Source: Cycas panzhihuaensis (Eukaryota; Plantae; Cycadophyta). From it: a stretch of 64,000 bases of DNA. The translations under genes were made by a program, and so were the position numbers. Below, piece by piece: positions 36,601 through 50,586 of this stretch (position 1 is the stretch's first letter; the number at the start of each line of letters is the position of its first letter). The stretch lies in assembly GCA_023213395.1 (NCBI GenBank), contig CM041465.1:104787741-104851740 (forward strand). The letters are read 5' to 3'. The notes below the pieces were generated by a model. It was not told the origin of the DNA. It worked only from the letters and a program-made list of their open reading frames with translations, and searched no databases.

Positions 36601-39600
36601 AGTAAGAAAAATAGAAAATAATTAGAAGGATCTTGAACTCCAAATTTTGGAGCACAAAGAAACTAGCATGTATACTACATTGAGAGAGTGACATCAAAGG
36701 AAAAGAAGTAACAAGAGAAACAAATTTATAATGTTGGATGCATTAAATTTAGATATTGTGTTTGTTTAATAGTGTCTTTTTGACTATATGCAATAACATC
36801 AAGGAAGAAACTAGCTTTCCTTATTTTGATAAAAATGTCTAGTATTCTTGAAGGACTAGCCAACCAAATATAGTATCTAGCCATCTTAAGAGTCTATGCA
36901 TAATGTTGATATGTGACTATAGCATGTATTAAAGATAGGACTCCAAAACAATCGAAGACAAGCACAACCTCATATGTATTGAGGGAGAATTCAAAGACAC
37001 AAGTGAATATAGGTAGTAGGTACATGAGTTTTTTCATCTCAATCCAAGCTAAGGTTTTCTCACCTACTAGTAGTATATAATAGTAAATTTGAAGCTGACA
37101 TCCTCATGTAACAATATTTCTACTCAACTAACGATGATCTCTGTGTGATGCACCCAATCTTCCTAATAATTATTTAGGCCATCAAGTTGATGTGACGACT
37201 ATGGGTTAGCTTAAAATCCCTAGGCATATGAAGAGTTGGTTGGTTATAGGTTAGTCCAAACCCTCTACTCTATGAATAGGGTGAGGTACAGGTTAAGAGC
37301 TTTATCACTTTGTCACCTAGAAAAGGGAATCACCTAGTATTAGGGATCCTAGTGGCAATGTTAACAACCCAATTTAGGCATGTTTAGGCTTCAATATAAC
37401 TACCATGACCTAGGTAAAAAGAAATGCAATCTCTGGATAACTACTTAATGGTAGGTACTACTCAAATTTTGATGACTATTGCTCCATAGTAGGACATGGA
37501 TATTAATCAATAACATGATGAGGATCGATGATGAACCATGTATATAAAGACTTCCTAGAGAACTCACAGATGTAGCAACTAGTCACCCATTTAGATTAGT
37601 GAATGGACGATCCTTCATATGGACATTATCAACTTTTGTTGTCACACAGATACATGTTGGTTTTTGCAGGCCTACATGGCTTCTTAAATCTATGAGAGAT
37701 TTTGGATTTGATGGCATTCTAAGACAAAATACATTTTAGGTTTGGAAGAGATATTGCCCTATAGAAAGGCCATGGTTAAAATATTCAAGGGTTATTAAAT
37801 TTGAAAGGGCGATTATTGATACTTGTTTAATACAGGGTTAATTAATGTTAATAAGGACATCAGTAAAGGCTTAGTTGAGAATTGGTTAGGTAGTTGAACC
37901 ACCCAACTAATGTGTACATAGGCTATATGAGAGGGACATTAGTATGAGTAGTTTATAAGAGATTGTTGGGTAAAAGATTGATGTATTAATTCAAGTCTGG
38001 CAATATTCATTACCCAACCAACCATGTAATCTCCCTTGTTAATAAATAACGAAATTGCTACTCATATCTGCATTCTCTTGTCTTTGATATTTTCTCTCCT
38101 CTCATGAATGTGGTACTATTAAGGTCTCATTAATGCAATTATGGTGAATGTTGTATGATTATTTGTGTTGTCTTCACTATAACAACAAATTGGCAGATTG
38201 AGGCCATGAGACCCAAGTTAACCAACACTTCAAATAACATAAGCACACCACACATAATAATATTTAACTAGTTTTTGTGTTCTTAAATCTTTGGTCATTG
38301 TGTAGAGCAATGAAAAAACATGAAATAACTCAATTACCATGTAGGGAGATGGAATAAATTCATGTAACCATTGTAGAAAAATATAAAATTAAATTACAAT
38401 CACAACTATATTTTTCATATCTTGGTTTGGGCTACTAAATGAACTATAAATGGCCTTAGCACCTTATGTCTCCATGTGATTGAGTGGTTTGAAAAAGGGC
38501 CTAGCCACTTGAAATAAAATGATTATGAAATTTGATTTATTATTTCACTACTTTAGAAAAGAGAAAAATGAATTTTAACCAAGGTTTTAAATTTGAACTA
38601 GTAACTAATTTTTTGGGTATTCATGATTTTGTGATTTTGTGGTTTGATGAATCCAAATCATTTCACCTCATACATCAATTTACTCATTGGTGTGATGAAG
38701 TCTTTAATAGAATCTTCAACCCTATGATCTACTATCAAGTTTATCTAGTTCACAGAGGCATCCATAGAGGTCTTCAAGTGAGGCTCTCACGGTCTTCGAT
38801 AAGGTCTATTATCTTTGTCTTTGACCCTACTTGTCATAGATGAGGGCATTTAACAAACTTTCTTATCCTTAAGAAATGACCTTAACGTTTCACATCCAAG
38901 ATTCGACCTTCTAACTCTACTCATAGAAACATCTATAGACACATATGTGATAATCTACATTTCTGGCAATGTCAAATGAATTTACTTGGCATTTTAGGAA
39001 GGGTTCCTTCACATCTATACACCCTTGAATTTGTAAACCCCATAGTCTTCATCACATAAAAGAAAAAAAAAAAGAAAACTGAAAACTTATAATAAAATCT
39101 ACCTAATCTAGCCTTTAACCTTCAAAAAATGAATGTGCCTTAGTCTGACACTCACAACCCATAGAAGAAATTTGACAAAAATAGAACATAGACCCTTTTT
39201 GCCTAAAAATATATATTTTTAAATTTTTGTTCACAAAAAAAAAAAAAAAAAAAAACAACCAAAAACACAAACCTAGAGTGAAATTCCACATTAGATAATC
39301 ACTCTATAAACCCTAACACTCTAAAATTTTCCATAAAAAAGTCTCATTTTTTTAAATATTTTTTTTATTTGCAACAACATAGATGGCTAAAAAAGCCCTA
39401 GGGTTTGAAATCTATAAATCCCACCTCAAAATTCAAACTAGTCCTTGAATTTGGACATTCACTTATAACTTCTTTGAATTGTTGGCTTCTCACTAAACCT
39501 TAGGTTGCAATTTGATTATTAATCCTTAGCTTACCAGGTTGTGATACTAAATATGAGTTTTAATCCAAAAATGAGACAATAAAGAATTACAAACATAGGA

Positions 39601-39834
39601 AATTTTCTAGTAGAATTAATCTACTTTCAAATATTTTCATTCATTAAGAATTGCCCAATGCATATATATACGAGCCAATATATATATTAATAAAACTGGG
39701 ATTGGTAACAACATAACTCTTACAACATGTGTCACTACTTGGAGGGTGACCCTCTAGCTCCCCAAAGTAACCCAACACCTATTAAGACTCGCAACCTAAG
39801 TTTTGACCTAATAGACTAAACATTAATTCTAACA
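33695..39834 (-). mobile_element. Old Ty1/copia element E6 with replaced or deleted interior
   Basis: Diverged LTR pair 33695-34030 (3') and 39552-39834 (5'). PPT 34031-34040. Decayed PBS about 39539-39549. TSD TATGA/TATAA (4/5). Confidence 0.75.
34040..35760 (-). pseudogene. Heavily decayed copia RT-RNase H of E6
   Basis: Minus strand gives DEPSSFEKAC, KAKLVAKGF, AFLNGDL, YVDDLV and CQEF/KHD RNase H remnants. Confidence 0.8.
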
Positions 39835-40305
39835 TATAAATCCACAAAACTAATTAAAGTTTTTACATTTGTATAATTTTTTCCCCCTTCTCTACAAGAA
39901 GCAAATAATGGGTGGAAATAAAATATATTAAAAATTGTCAAAACAAATTCCATGATTGGAAATAAAAAATTTGGAGGATGCATTTAATTCCATGCTAAGA
40001 GCATGTTTAAACCACACATAAAATACATGATTCTGGACAATATATGTGAAATATCCATTATGAGTAGAATTTATTCATAAGATATAATTAGGAGTATAAA
40101 TGCTTCAAGATGAGAATAACTCAATTTTGTTTACAAGTTAAGGACATAATGGAAATTCATAACAATACCACCACTCCCTTCTTGTAAGATTAATGATGTA
40201 AATGGATAGTAAGGTACCATCTCATCATGAATTTTCTCTAACACCCTATTAGAAAAGAGCAATATTTATCATTGCTTATACTACATATAAATAGTGTGTA
40301 TTATA

Positions 40306-43300
40306 TGTTGGAAATCAAAGTGCATAAGGACCAGGTAGAATTGGTTTATCCCTTGTCAAAACTCCATCTTTACTAAATCTCTCAACAATTAATCATTGTA
40401 ATGTATATAGATATATAATAAATAGGTATAATACATGTAAGTATCTTGTGGTTGGTTACACACATGTGAGGTTCATGAGTAATGACCTCTAACTAATTAT
40501 AATACATTAACAAATAAATCCTATATTAGGTTATATACTTAATATAAACATGAATACATGTGTTAAATATTCTAACACTCCCCCTATTCTAGCAATCTCG
40601 CTTTAATATTTACATCATTAGCTTCAACACCTAATCCCTCTATGAATTTTTGGAATTTGTCTTGAGCTAAAGGTTTGGTAAAGATGTCCACTAATTGTTT
40701 ATTTATCAACTTATAGATTAGCTTAATTTCACCTTTTTGAATTTGGTCCTTAATGAAATGATGATGGACTTCAATATACTTCATGTGTACATGAAATATA
40801 GGATTCTTGGCCAATTTTAATGTACTCTAATTATCACAATATAGCATTGTAACATCCTCTTGATGAAGACCAATATTGTAAAGAATCTATCTCAGCGAGA
40901 TTGTATTTGAGGCTACTATAACTACGAGTTTATATTCTATTTTAGTCAAAGAAAGTCTGACATTCAATTACTTCTTATTTTTCCATCTCACAAATGTTAA
41001 ATCTAGATTGGAATAGTAGCTAGATATCAATCTTTTGCTATCTATACATCCACCCTAATCTACATCGGTGAATCCAACCAGTTTGAAGTTATTGTTGTAA
41101 ATAAACTCTAATCCATATTACAACATTTTGTGCAAGTATTTGAGAATTCACTTAGTGACTAACTAGTGATATTGCTTTGGTGTTGTCATGAACATGGATA
41201 TTATACCAACCACAAATAAAATATCTAGTCTAGTTATAGTCAAATAAATTAGACTTTCAATTAGTTGTATATATAGTGTGTCATCAACTAGTCGATTATC
41301 TTCTTATGCTATGAGCCTCACTCTTGTTTCTATAGGGGTGTTTGCAGGCTTGTAATCTTCCATTTTGAACTTCTTCAAAATTTTCCATGTGTACTTTGCT
41401 CATGAGATAAAAATTCTGCCAGGTCTTTGCCACACTTCCACTCCTAGAAAGTAGTGCAAAATGTCAAGATTAGTCATCTTAAAGTGATTCATCAGATCTT
41501 GATTTTAAGTTAGACATCGTCGTGATATCATTCCCATTGATTAGTAAGTTATTGACATACAAAACTACAAAAGTTATTGATTTGTCACTATGAACCTTTA
41601 TGCAGAGATTGGAGTTTCCTGATAATTTCTCAAATCCTCTCTTCTAGAAATACTAATCAACCTTCTCATATCAAGTTTTAGGATTTCGCTTGAGATTATA
41701 TAAGGCTTTTCTCAGTCTATATGCAAGATGTTCTTTCCCTTTCTCATCAAATCTAGATGGCTTATCCATGTATACTTCTTTAGTGAGGCCTCTATTTAGG
41801 AAGGTGCTTTCAACATCCACCTGGTGAATCTACCAATTAAATGAGGCATTAATCCTCAAAATGATCCTGATGATATTTAGCTTAGCCATTAATGCAAAGG
41901 TCTCCTAGTAATCAATTCATTCTCTCTAGTTGAAACTTTTTGTAATGAGTATAACCTTGTATTTGTCAATTATGTCATCCTCCTTGAACTTTATTCTATA
42001 GACTCGCTTGCACCTAATTGCATATTTGTTTATAGGCAATTTGACTAAGTGCTAAGTCATGTTCTTCTTTAGTGCTTGGATTTCCATATCCATCACTACT
42101 TTCCATGTTTGCTCCTTAACTGCCTCTTTAAAAGTGGAAGGCTCATCAATGTTTAAGACTTGCAACATGAGAGCCATGTTGACTTGCTTATGTGGCCTAT
42201 ATTTTAGCTCCAACATTCTATTAGGTTTAGGTAACCTTGAGTTACTAATTATCTCCAAATACCACTTAGGCAACTTTTTCTTCAGGGGAGATTAGGGACT
42301 CTCTGGTAGCTGCTCTGTAGGTTACTTAATGTCCTCTAAAGAATTTGTTGATGACAACTCTCTAGTATATGTTCCTTCAAACTAGAATTTCTTATACTTA
42401 GCATCAAGTTATATTGCCACACTAACTAGATTTGGCCCGAACACCACAACTTGCTTTTGCAAGCAACATTCAAGTTGGTCGATAATGACTTAAAGTTGGT
42501 GCTTGATTTGGTGCTCAATATCCAAAGAAGCTAAGTCAAGCTCCTTGTCACCTTTATTGCAGATAACATCCTGAGTTATGTGATTTTTTTTGCATCTTCA
42601 ACTTGTACAAGTGGTAAGCTTTGATTTCTTCACTACATCTAATTAGAATATATTTTAGGTTTTTGTTATTAAACTATTTTATTTCTCCTTACGTGTATGC
42701 ATATATGCAATACTCTAAAAAATCTTCATATGGTTAACAATTGGCTTGGTTCTAAACCAAGCCTTCTCAGGCATTTGATTCTAAATTACAGATGTATGAC
42801 TATGATTAGTCAGGTGAGTATCAATATTCATTATTTTCACCCAAAGATGTTCAAAAATATCTTTTGAATTCATCGTAGCTTTAACTTTCTCTGCCAAGGT
42901 TTGATTCATCCTTTTCATTACTCCATTTTGTTTAAGAGTATAGACAGTTATGAATTGCCTTTTTATTCTGTGGTCATTGCAATACTAGTTAGACTCCTTC
43001 AAGGTGTACTTGCTTTGTTATTTGATTTAGTGTCTTTACTAGCTAATAAGTCACATTCTCAACTTGTTCTTTGAATTGCTTGAAGATGGCAAAGGCTCGT
43101 GACTTATCCTTAGTTAGATATGCACAAACTTTTTTGAAAAGGTTGTCAATAAAGTTTAGGAAACATTTTACTCCTCTAGTCAATGTCATTAATATCAGTC
43201 TGCAAATGTCAAAGTGTACTAACTCTAACTTTGCCTTCACTCTCTAATCTTTTCCTTTCAGAAATGGTTCCTTATGTTGTTTGGCCATGATACAAAATTT

Positions 43301-46300
43301 ACATACCCAATTTTTTATTTTTAATTTATGAACCCATTTTTGTGCTTTTAATTTAGGAATTCCATACACCATGTTTAATTTATGCATCAATTAAATACAA
43401 TGGTAATTCAAATAACCCATTTTATTATGCAAAATTTTACTTTTATTAGTTTTAAAGTTGTAACCTCTTTTTTATTTCTAAATTTTCCATTCAAAATGTA
43501 GAGGTCATTAATCATTTTTCCTTTATGTGACAACACTATATTCTTTATTGGTGATGGTATATTTTCCTTGAAAAAATTTAACCTCTATGTCCTCCTTTTC
43601 AATTTAAGAGGCTGAAATTAGGTTCACTTTGAATTCTAACACATGTTCAATATGTTTCATGTTTCCTTCTTCTATGGCAATTAGAACATTACCAATTTCT
43701 TCAACCTTCAATACAAAATTATCATCTATAATGACAAATTGACCTTTTGTAGTAATCAATTCTTAGAACCATTCCTTTCTTCATTATCATATGTTTGGTT
43801 GTGTTTGAATCTCGTGTCATTATGCATCAAGTATGATACTATAAATAGTCTTTTATTCGACTTACGATGAATGAGTGGTTAGAAAATTGCTTTCATGACT
43901 ACCTTGCCTTCTATCTTGTTGTCTATGTACTTATCAACATTGTTGTTCTGGTCTTATTTTTGTTATGGCTGGTGTTTCTTTTGTTGTGGCCGATAGTGTT
44001 GTAAACTTCTAAAACCTTTCTTCAAGTGTCCAGTCTTCTTGTAGTGCTAATATTTTGCCTTTAATTATCCCTTGGGACCCTTTCGTTGAACATTGTATTT
44101 AGAAGATGCACTCTTCCTTGACGTAAAAGGGTACTTCCCTTTATAGTTTGCAGTTATAGCTCCTTAACTTTCACTGCCTGAGTCCTTTAGCCTTTGCTCA
44201 TGTAGTTTCAATTGCCCTTCAAGATCATTAAAGACCATTGAACTTATCTTCCTATTTAGAGTTAGATTTATGATAAAGTTGTAATAGGAATTTGGCAAAG
44301 ATCTAATCACTGCAATTACTAACTTTAGGTTACCAAGTGACTTCTTCTTTGTGCTTAATTAGATTTTTATCATTTTGATCACTTGCAAGTGATCAATCAT
44401 TAGTCCACATAACTTTCTATTGCATACTTGGCTCCTTAGCAACAAGATTTGCTTGTCATCTTTGGTCTGGTGAAGAGAGATGATTGCATTCCAAGATTGT
44501 TTTAGCATCCTCACATCTATCGCATTTATAATTAAATTCCCGCCAATGGAGATCTTAATGAATTCTAAAGTAACTCTTAGTTTGTCTTGAAGTTTCTTCT
44601 TTTCAATAGCATTAGTTGGTTCAGTAGGCTCTTTGTCAATGCACTGTCGCATGCCATTGATCTCCAGGAAGCTTTTCATTTTGTATTTTCACAATAGAAA
44701 ATCATCAACACCAATCAATCTCCTAGTTACTAAACCTAGTATTTTACTATTGTTCACAATTTTTTTAGTGTTTTTGAAGTGGCTAGGTACAAATGTTTAT
44801 GTTAAATTAACTTGTTTCTCATTAATTTTTGGAACGAAACATGTTTTTGGGGACACAATTTCATTCAAAAAATCTTGAATAATGGTTCATATTGAAGCTC
44901 CATCTATGAGGACTCCAACACAATTGACAAGACAAAAATCAAAGCCATAAACATTGAAATATAGCTTATAGAGTGATGTTAGGTCATTAATTGAGTGATA
45001 AAAGTATTGGCCCCCTTATTCTCTAGGATGGTGGTCATTTTAGCTATTCACATGACCATGGGGCTTCACCAAAAAGGGGCATTTACAAATCTTTTATTAA
45101 AAAAGGTTTTATTAACATAGGGTAAAAACACCAACCCTAATATCTTCTCATATTCCTCTGTGTCTGACATTGGCAATTTCGATAATAGGAACTTCTACTA
45201 AATCAACATCAAATTTCTTTGATTGCTTAATCTTTTCTTAATGTCGATAAATAGGGGCTTTGTTTTATCAATGCCAATATTGTTGATGTTGACCTTCAAA
45301 GTTGACTTAACTTCAAGTAATATCAAATATCAAAGTTTCTTCGGGGCTTTGTTGAGGTTGATGAGTTATGTCTTCAACATTGGAGAAGGGCATCTTGTTG
45401 ATGAAGAGTTTGTTTTGCACTCTTTGACTTCTAGTAATGATCTTCAATTACATCATCTTTTTGATGTGAAAGTTCCTTGTTGGCATGTTAAAATTGTGCC
45501 AATTCTACTTTGATTCTTCAATGTTGGCAATCTCATGTCAAGGTTAATTCTAGATTTAGTAGGATCTTCAATATGTTAACCCTACATGCTTTGTCCAAGT
45601 CTACAATTGAATTAAATTCTTCAGTGTTTAGTCTTTAAGTAGGCTAAATATTGAGGTTTCTTTAACTATGTTGAACTTAATTCTCAATGTTGAAGTTTGG
45701 TAAGAATTTTTGGTTTCATCAACATCTTATTCTAAGCTAAATCTCAAAGGCGACTTTGGCATTCTTTATATATGTAAAAAGTATCTTAAAGTTTCATTTG
45801 TGACAACAACTAAGCTTTCAACCGTTGGCATTCTACTTGCTTCTAGTAGGGGTTCTATTGTAGATTTTCCTTTGAATTTTCTTATTTGAATTCATGGCAT
45901 TAAGCAATTCTATAAAATCTTCTACATTTACACTTTAATGTCCCTATTATGTTCAACATTTCCCAACATTCAATATCCAAGCAAATTTTCTCAATAATTT
46001 ATAATATAGGGCTTTCACTAATTATTTTTAAGAGCCTAGTAACAAAGATGATTTCTTCATAATTTTACTTTATCTCAGTAGCTTTTGGAGCCTATCATTT
46101 GAAGATTTTCTTTGAATATATTTTATTCCAGTAATGGCTCCAAATCAAAGAAATTTTCTTTCAATTATTATGGTCTTTATACCTTTGATCTAGGATTTGA
46201 GTGACCTTAATTTCTTCTTTGTTCTCTAATCATCAAACTAGAAGGGTTTGATAAACTTATTGACTATTTTGTGTATGGGGATTTGTCCCAAATTTATGAT

Positions 46301-47204
46301 ATATTTTTTTAAATTCCTTTTCTTCAACAAAACAATGATTTCTTGCATATAATTTGTGTAGAAATTGGCTGCCTTTGCATGTGCATTCTAGTCAACAAGT
46401 ATCTTCAATAAGGGATTTATTAAAGATTCATCCCTATTTTTCTACTTTAGAAGGTATCCTACACAATGGGCATTTCCAAACTTCAACAAGACTTTAATAA
46501 ACTCTCTTTCTAGAATTTTCTTGCAGCTCCTTTCTAGGCAATTTTCAAACTTTGTAAAAAAAATTTAGTGGCCCCTTCATTGGATTTTTTTAGTAGCCCT
46601 TTTGTCTGTAATTTTTTTGTCTTGCAAAAAAGTTCTTGCATGTTATAGGGTTTCCATGCCCTGAGTAGAGCCATGTTCTCATTTTTTTAAAAATAAAAGA
46701 AATAATATTTTGTTATTTTTCACTAAACTTTTTAATGCCTGATTTTCTTCAAAAGAACACACTTGCATATCTTCAAATCTTTATATGCCTAGATGTTTTC
46801 CACATGAACACATATCTAGGATAGTCTTCGAGCATGAATTGAAGGTTCCACACAATGGTTTTGTCCAAGTCTAACATAAGTCTTCAATCTTCGGCTTTGA
46901 TACCATGTTGGAAATCGAAGTGCACAAGGCCCACACATGAAACCAATACAACAAAATTTTAAGTAGAATTGGTCTACCCATTGTCAAATTTTTATTTTTA
47001 TTAAATCTCTTAATAATCAACCATTGTAATGTATACTCATGTATAAAAATAGGTATAATGCATGTAACAACCTTGTGGTTGGTTGCACACATGTGAGGTT
47101 TATGAGTAGTGACCTCCCACTAAGTACAATACATCAATAAATAAATCATATATTAGGTTAGCTACCTAAAGTAAAGATTAACACATTTGTTAAATATTCT
47201 AATA
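40306..47204 (-). mobile_element. Full-length Ty1/copia element E7
   Basis: LTRs 40306-40577 (3') and 46906-47204 (5'). PBS TGGTATCAAAGC at 46894-46905 on minus. PPT 40578-40586. Perfect TSD TTATA (40301-40305 / 47205-47209). Confidence 0.92.
40584..44757 (-). pseudogene. Decayed gag-pol of E7
   Basis: Fragments MKSFLEING (gag), LELVHFDIC (integrase), DEPSTFKEA (IN/RT linker) and AKNPIFHVHMKYIEVHHHFI (RNase H). Confidence 0.88.
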
Positions 47205-49049
47205 TTATATAAAAATATATATGAATATATTCAAAGTTATTAATAATTACATAAATACATTCCTATTAAGCAATCACTAGAACCCTTAGATTAAAGTTGT
47301 TTATTGTAGGCTTTCATGCCTAATTGGGAGGATCAATGTAGAACCCTTTATTGTATTATGATCATGAATATGATTGTCATATATAATCAAATATATGTTA
47401 ATACATTTGAATCTTCTAAGATTTCCATAAATACTTGCCTAGTGAGTAACTATTAAATTTTAATATTTAAAAGAACATTATGGAGTGAAAATACAAAGCA
47501 TCCTAAAGAATTTGTTTGCTTGATTATCATTCCTATAAATAAATTTATAGGTCGTTATATTACCTCATTAGTTTTTGTAAGTTATAAAGTTCCTACAAGT
47601 CTATATTACACTTATCCAATGTAAAAGCAATAGCTTCTATTCCTTCCACTAGTATCTTATAACACACTTGTAAAAGATATTTTGTAGAATGCTCGATTGG
47701 TTTTGGCCTTATGAGAAAGTGACTAATGAAATAAGAATGCATAGTCAAGGGGTGGAATCTTAAGACATCTCCTAAACTTAATGTTATTACATTTTATTAT
47801 GATTCATTTCAAACCAAATTCAATAGAAGTTCTTAATGCCCATAAGATATCTTTTCTTTTTAATGGAGGGCATTAGCCTTATGGTACCCAAATATTGATT
47901 GGGTCCACATGGGTTCTTTTTTATCCACTATGAAGCCAATAAAAGATACATATTGTTGGCTAAAATAGCCTTACTAATTTTGGTTGAAAAAAGTATTAGA
48001 AAAATTATTTAAATATGCATTTCAATGTAAGCATCATCCAAATATATACTTGTGTAGTGTTAGTAAAGAACTAATGTGCTTCATCCATAATCAAAGTGAA
48101 CATGGCAGGTGTATTTGATAATTATATTAACATGTCCATTAGTTTTTAATATTACTTTCAAGTGTTGTTTGTGAATTTGATTATTATAGTTGACTCATCC
48201 ATGTGATATGATCAATACTTGCTATTGATGGTTAAAAGATGAAGCATAAGGAGATTGACTATGCCAAATGATATTTTCGCAATAGTCTTGAAGTTGCATT
48301 TTGATGTCTTGTTTCTTTAATGGTGAGGTTAGATATAAGGAGGTAGGTGGATGTAAATTATTGACACATAAGTGGTGCGATAAAACAATCAAAGAGTTTT
48401 TGATATCTTAAAAAAAAACAAAAATCACAAATTTAATTTAAGTGATATTGGCTCAAAATACTTACAAACTTGTGCTATTTATAAGAGTGTAAAATCTTTA
48501 CTTTTGTCTTGTATACTAAAGGGTATGAACATTATTTATTCTTGATTAATGACCTTATCAAATATGACAAGTATAATCTATAAGAGCTATATGATAAGTG
48601 ATGTGTTCAATTAAAATATGGATTGAAATTTTAAATTTATAGTATTTCTCTTAGGAACTAAACTTGGGAATGGTAGGAAAGGGGGTGTTGAAGATCACAT
48701 ATACAAGAATGGAGAGTGTTAAAATAATGATCCATTTGTGTTAGCTAGGAGTCATTAACATAGTTATTTGAATATACATGCATTAGTTATTATGTGTTTG
48801 ATTAGTAGCTATAGGCAATTAGTATTCAAAAGGTTATAAATGCATCTACTTTGAGATTAAATGATTGAATAAAAGAATTTGAATATTGTGAAGAGCATAC
48901 ATATGCCTTGTTTGTTCATTATTTTGTGTATGCTCTCCTTCATCTTTGTCTCAAAGCCATGTGGGCATTTGAATGATAGAGACGTGAAGAGAACACTCAT
49001 GTAGGAGAAAATGCCACAAAGGGTGGGTGTTGTGGAGAAAGGACAGATG

Positions 49050-49109
49050 TTGGTTTGTAAGAAAGAATGTCAAAGCCTATTGGTTTGTAAGAAAGAATGT
49101 CAAAGCCTA
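49050..49109 (+). repeat. Perfect 30-bp tandem duplication
   Basis: ttggtttgtaagaaagaatgtcaaagccta x2. Confidence 0.95.
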
Positions 49110-50461
49110 CATAGGGCATTAATAGCATAAGACATAAGGATGTAAAAATCATGAGGCTATGTTAAGCTTAATAAATTTATTTTATTAAGTTTAGAAGTCA
49201 AACGAAAGACAAAAGACATCGTTTGCATTGGATTTTCAACAATTATTTCTATGTCTCAACAAGTCACACCATCTGAAACTAAGATTCATTGTCATGTGAG
49301 TTTGTTTTAAAGATTTACTTATTTATAGACTATGCTTATGGGGTTGGGATTTGGAGAATTCAATTTGCCAAACAAGAGAAGATCCATAGGGCAAGTGATT
49401 GTTCTGTCTATACCAAAGAAGTCTTAGAAAACCTACCTTGCTACAAAGACCTAATCGAAGTCTATCAGACTTGGAAGGCTTATTAGAGAAGAATGAAAAG
49501 GGACTACCCATAAGGAATGCAACATTAAGATGCCTAAAGGATAGTTCATAGAAGAATTTGAGTTGCATGGGAAAGAGACCATCATAGAGAGTAGAGGCCA
49601 AATCAAGAAATGTTGAGAGCTAAGAGGACAAGCACTATGAGCAGACAAAGACTCCTATACAAGAACACCAAGATCAAACTTGAATGTAGATAGGTAATCT
49701 AGTTTGCTAATCTTAAATTGACCTATATTTTTCAAACTGAATTATTTTTTGCAATGTTGTGCTAATTAAATTAAATTGGAATTTTATTTTAAGTCTTTTT
49801 TTAGCCATCTATCTGTCACTTGGTGGTCACATGATGTATGGAATGTAACCAAAGGCGTTGATGTCTATTTAAAAAAAAACAAGTGTAAAAATTTATATCT
49901 AGTTTTATTATTTTCTTTATATTTTCCTCATATGATCTTAGATTTTAGTTTTGTTTTAACCATTGGAATTTATATTCATGAGGTTTTAGTTTGAGTAGTT
50001 ACATGACCTCATTTGAAATTATTTAACAGTGTAATTTAAAGTTTGAGTTTGAGCCTTGAATTGACAAGATGATTAATGATGTAATTCTTGCATTGTAAAG
50101 GTTACTTATACTCTCAAATTAATAAAATATTTGCTTTTTTTACTAGTGTCAAAATCCTGATGTAAGACAAGATTAAATGTCTTGAGTTGAAGTGGGACAC
50201 TTGTGTGCATTTCATTGCAATTCTTTTGCTCTATTTTTCCCTCATTATATTGCCATTGTTTTGCACTATGGTTTTAAGCACAAATAGATTTGTCATCCCA
50301 GAAATTGATGATTTAAATTAAATGAATTAGATTCAAAGAATGTGATCCATTTTTATTTTAAAAGATATATGAGAAATTGTATAAGATGCATACAATAAAC
50401 CTTCATCTAACGTAAAATTAGGTGAGAATTATTAAAAAAATACTTGAGTTAAAAAAAAAAA

Positions 50462-50586
50462 TAAAGAGATAATGATGCATTGCCATTTATATTTTGTGCA
50501 CTTGATGATCATATTTTGCCTGAAGGAAGTGATGTAGAGTCGTCAAAGGAAGCATGGGATATTTTAAAGTGTACCTATGAAGGAGT
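50462..50586 (+). pseudogene. Short copia gag remnant
   Basis: Translates to DALPFIFCALDDHILPEGSDVESSKEAWDILKCTYEG, a typical copia gag (UBN2-type) motif. Cut at 50587 by an LTR. Confidence 0.7.

Noticed and set aside
37846-38184. Solo LTR call
   Set aside because: It has TG..CA-like ends but the flanks (ATTAA/ACAAA) do not form a TSD and there is no second copy in the window.
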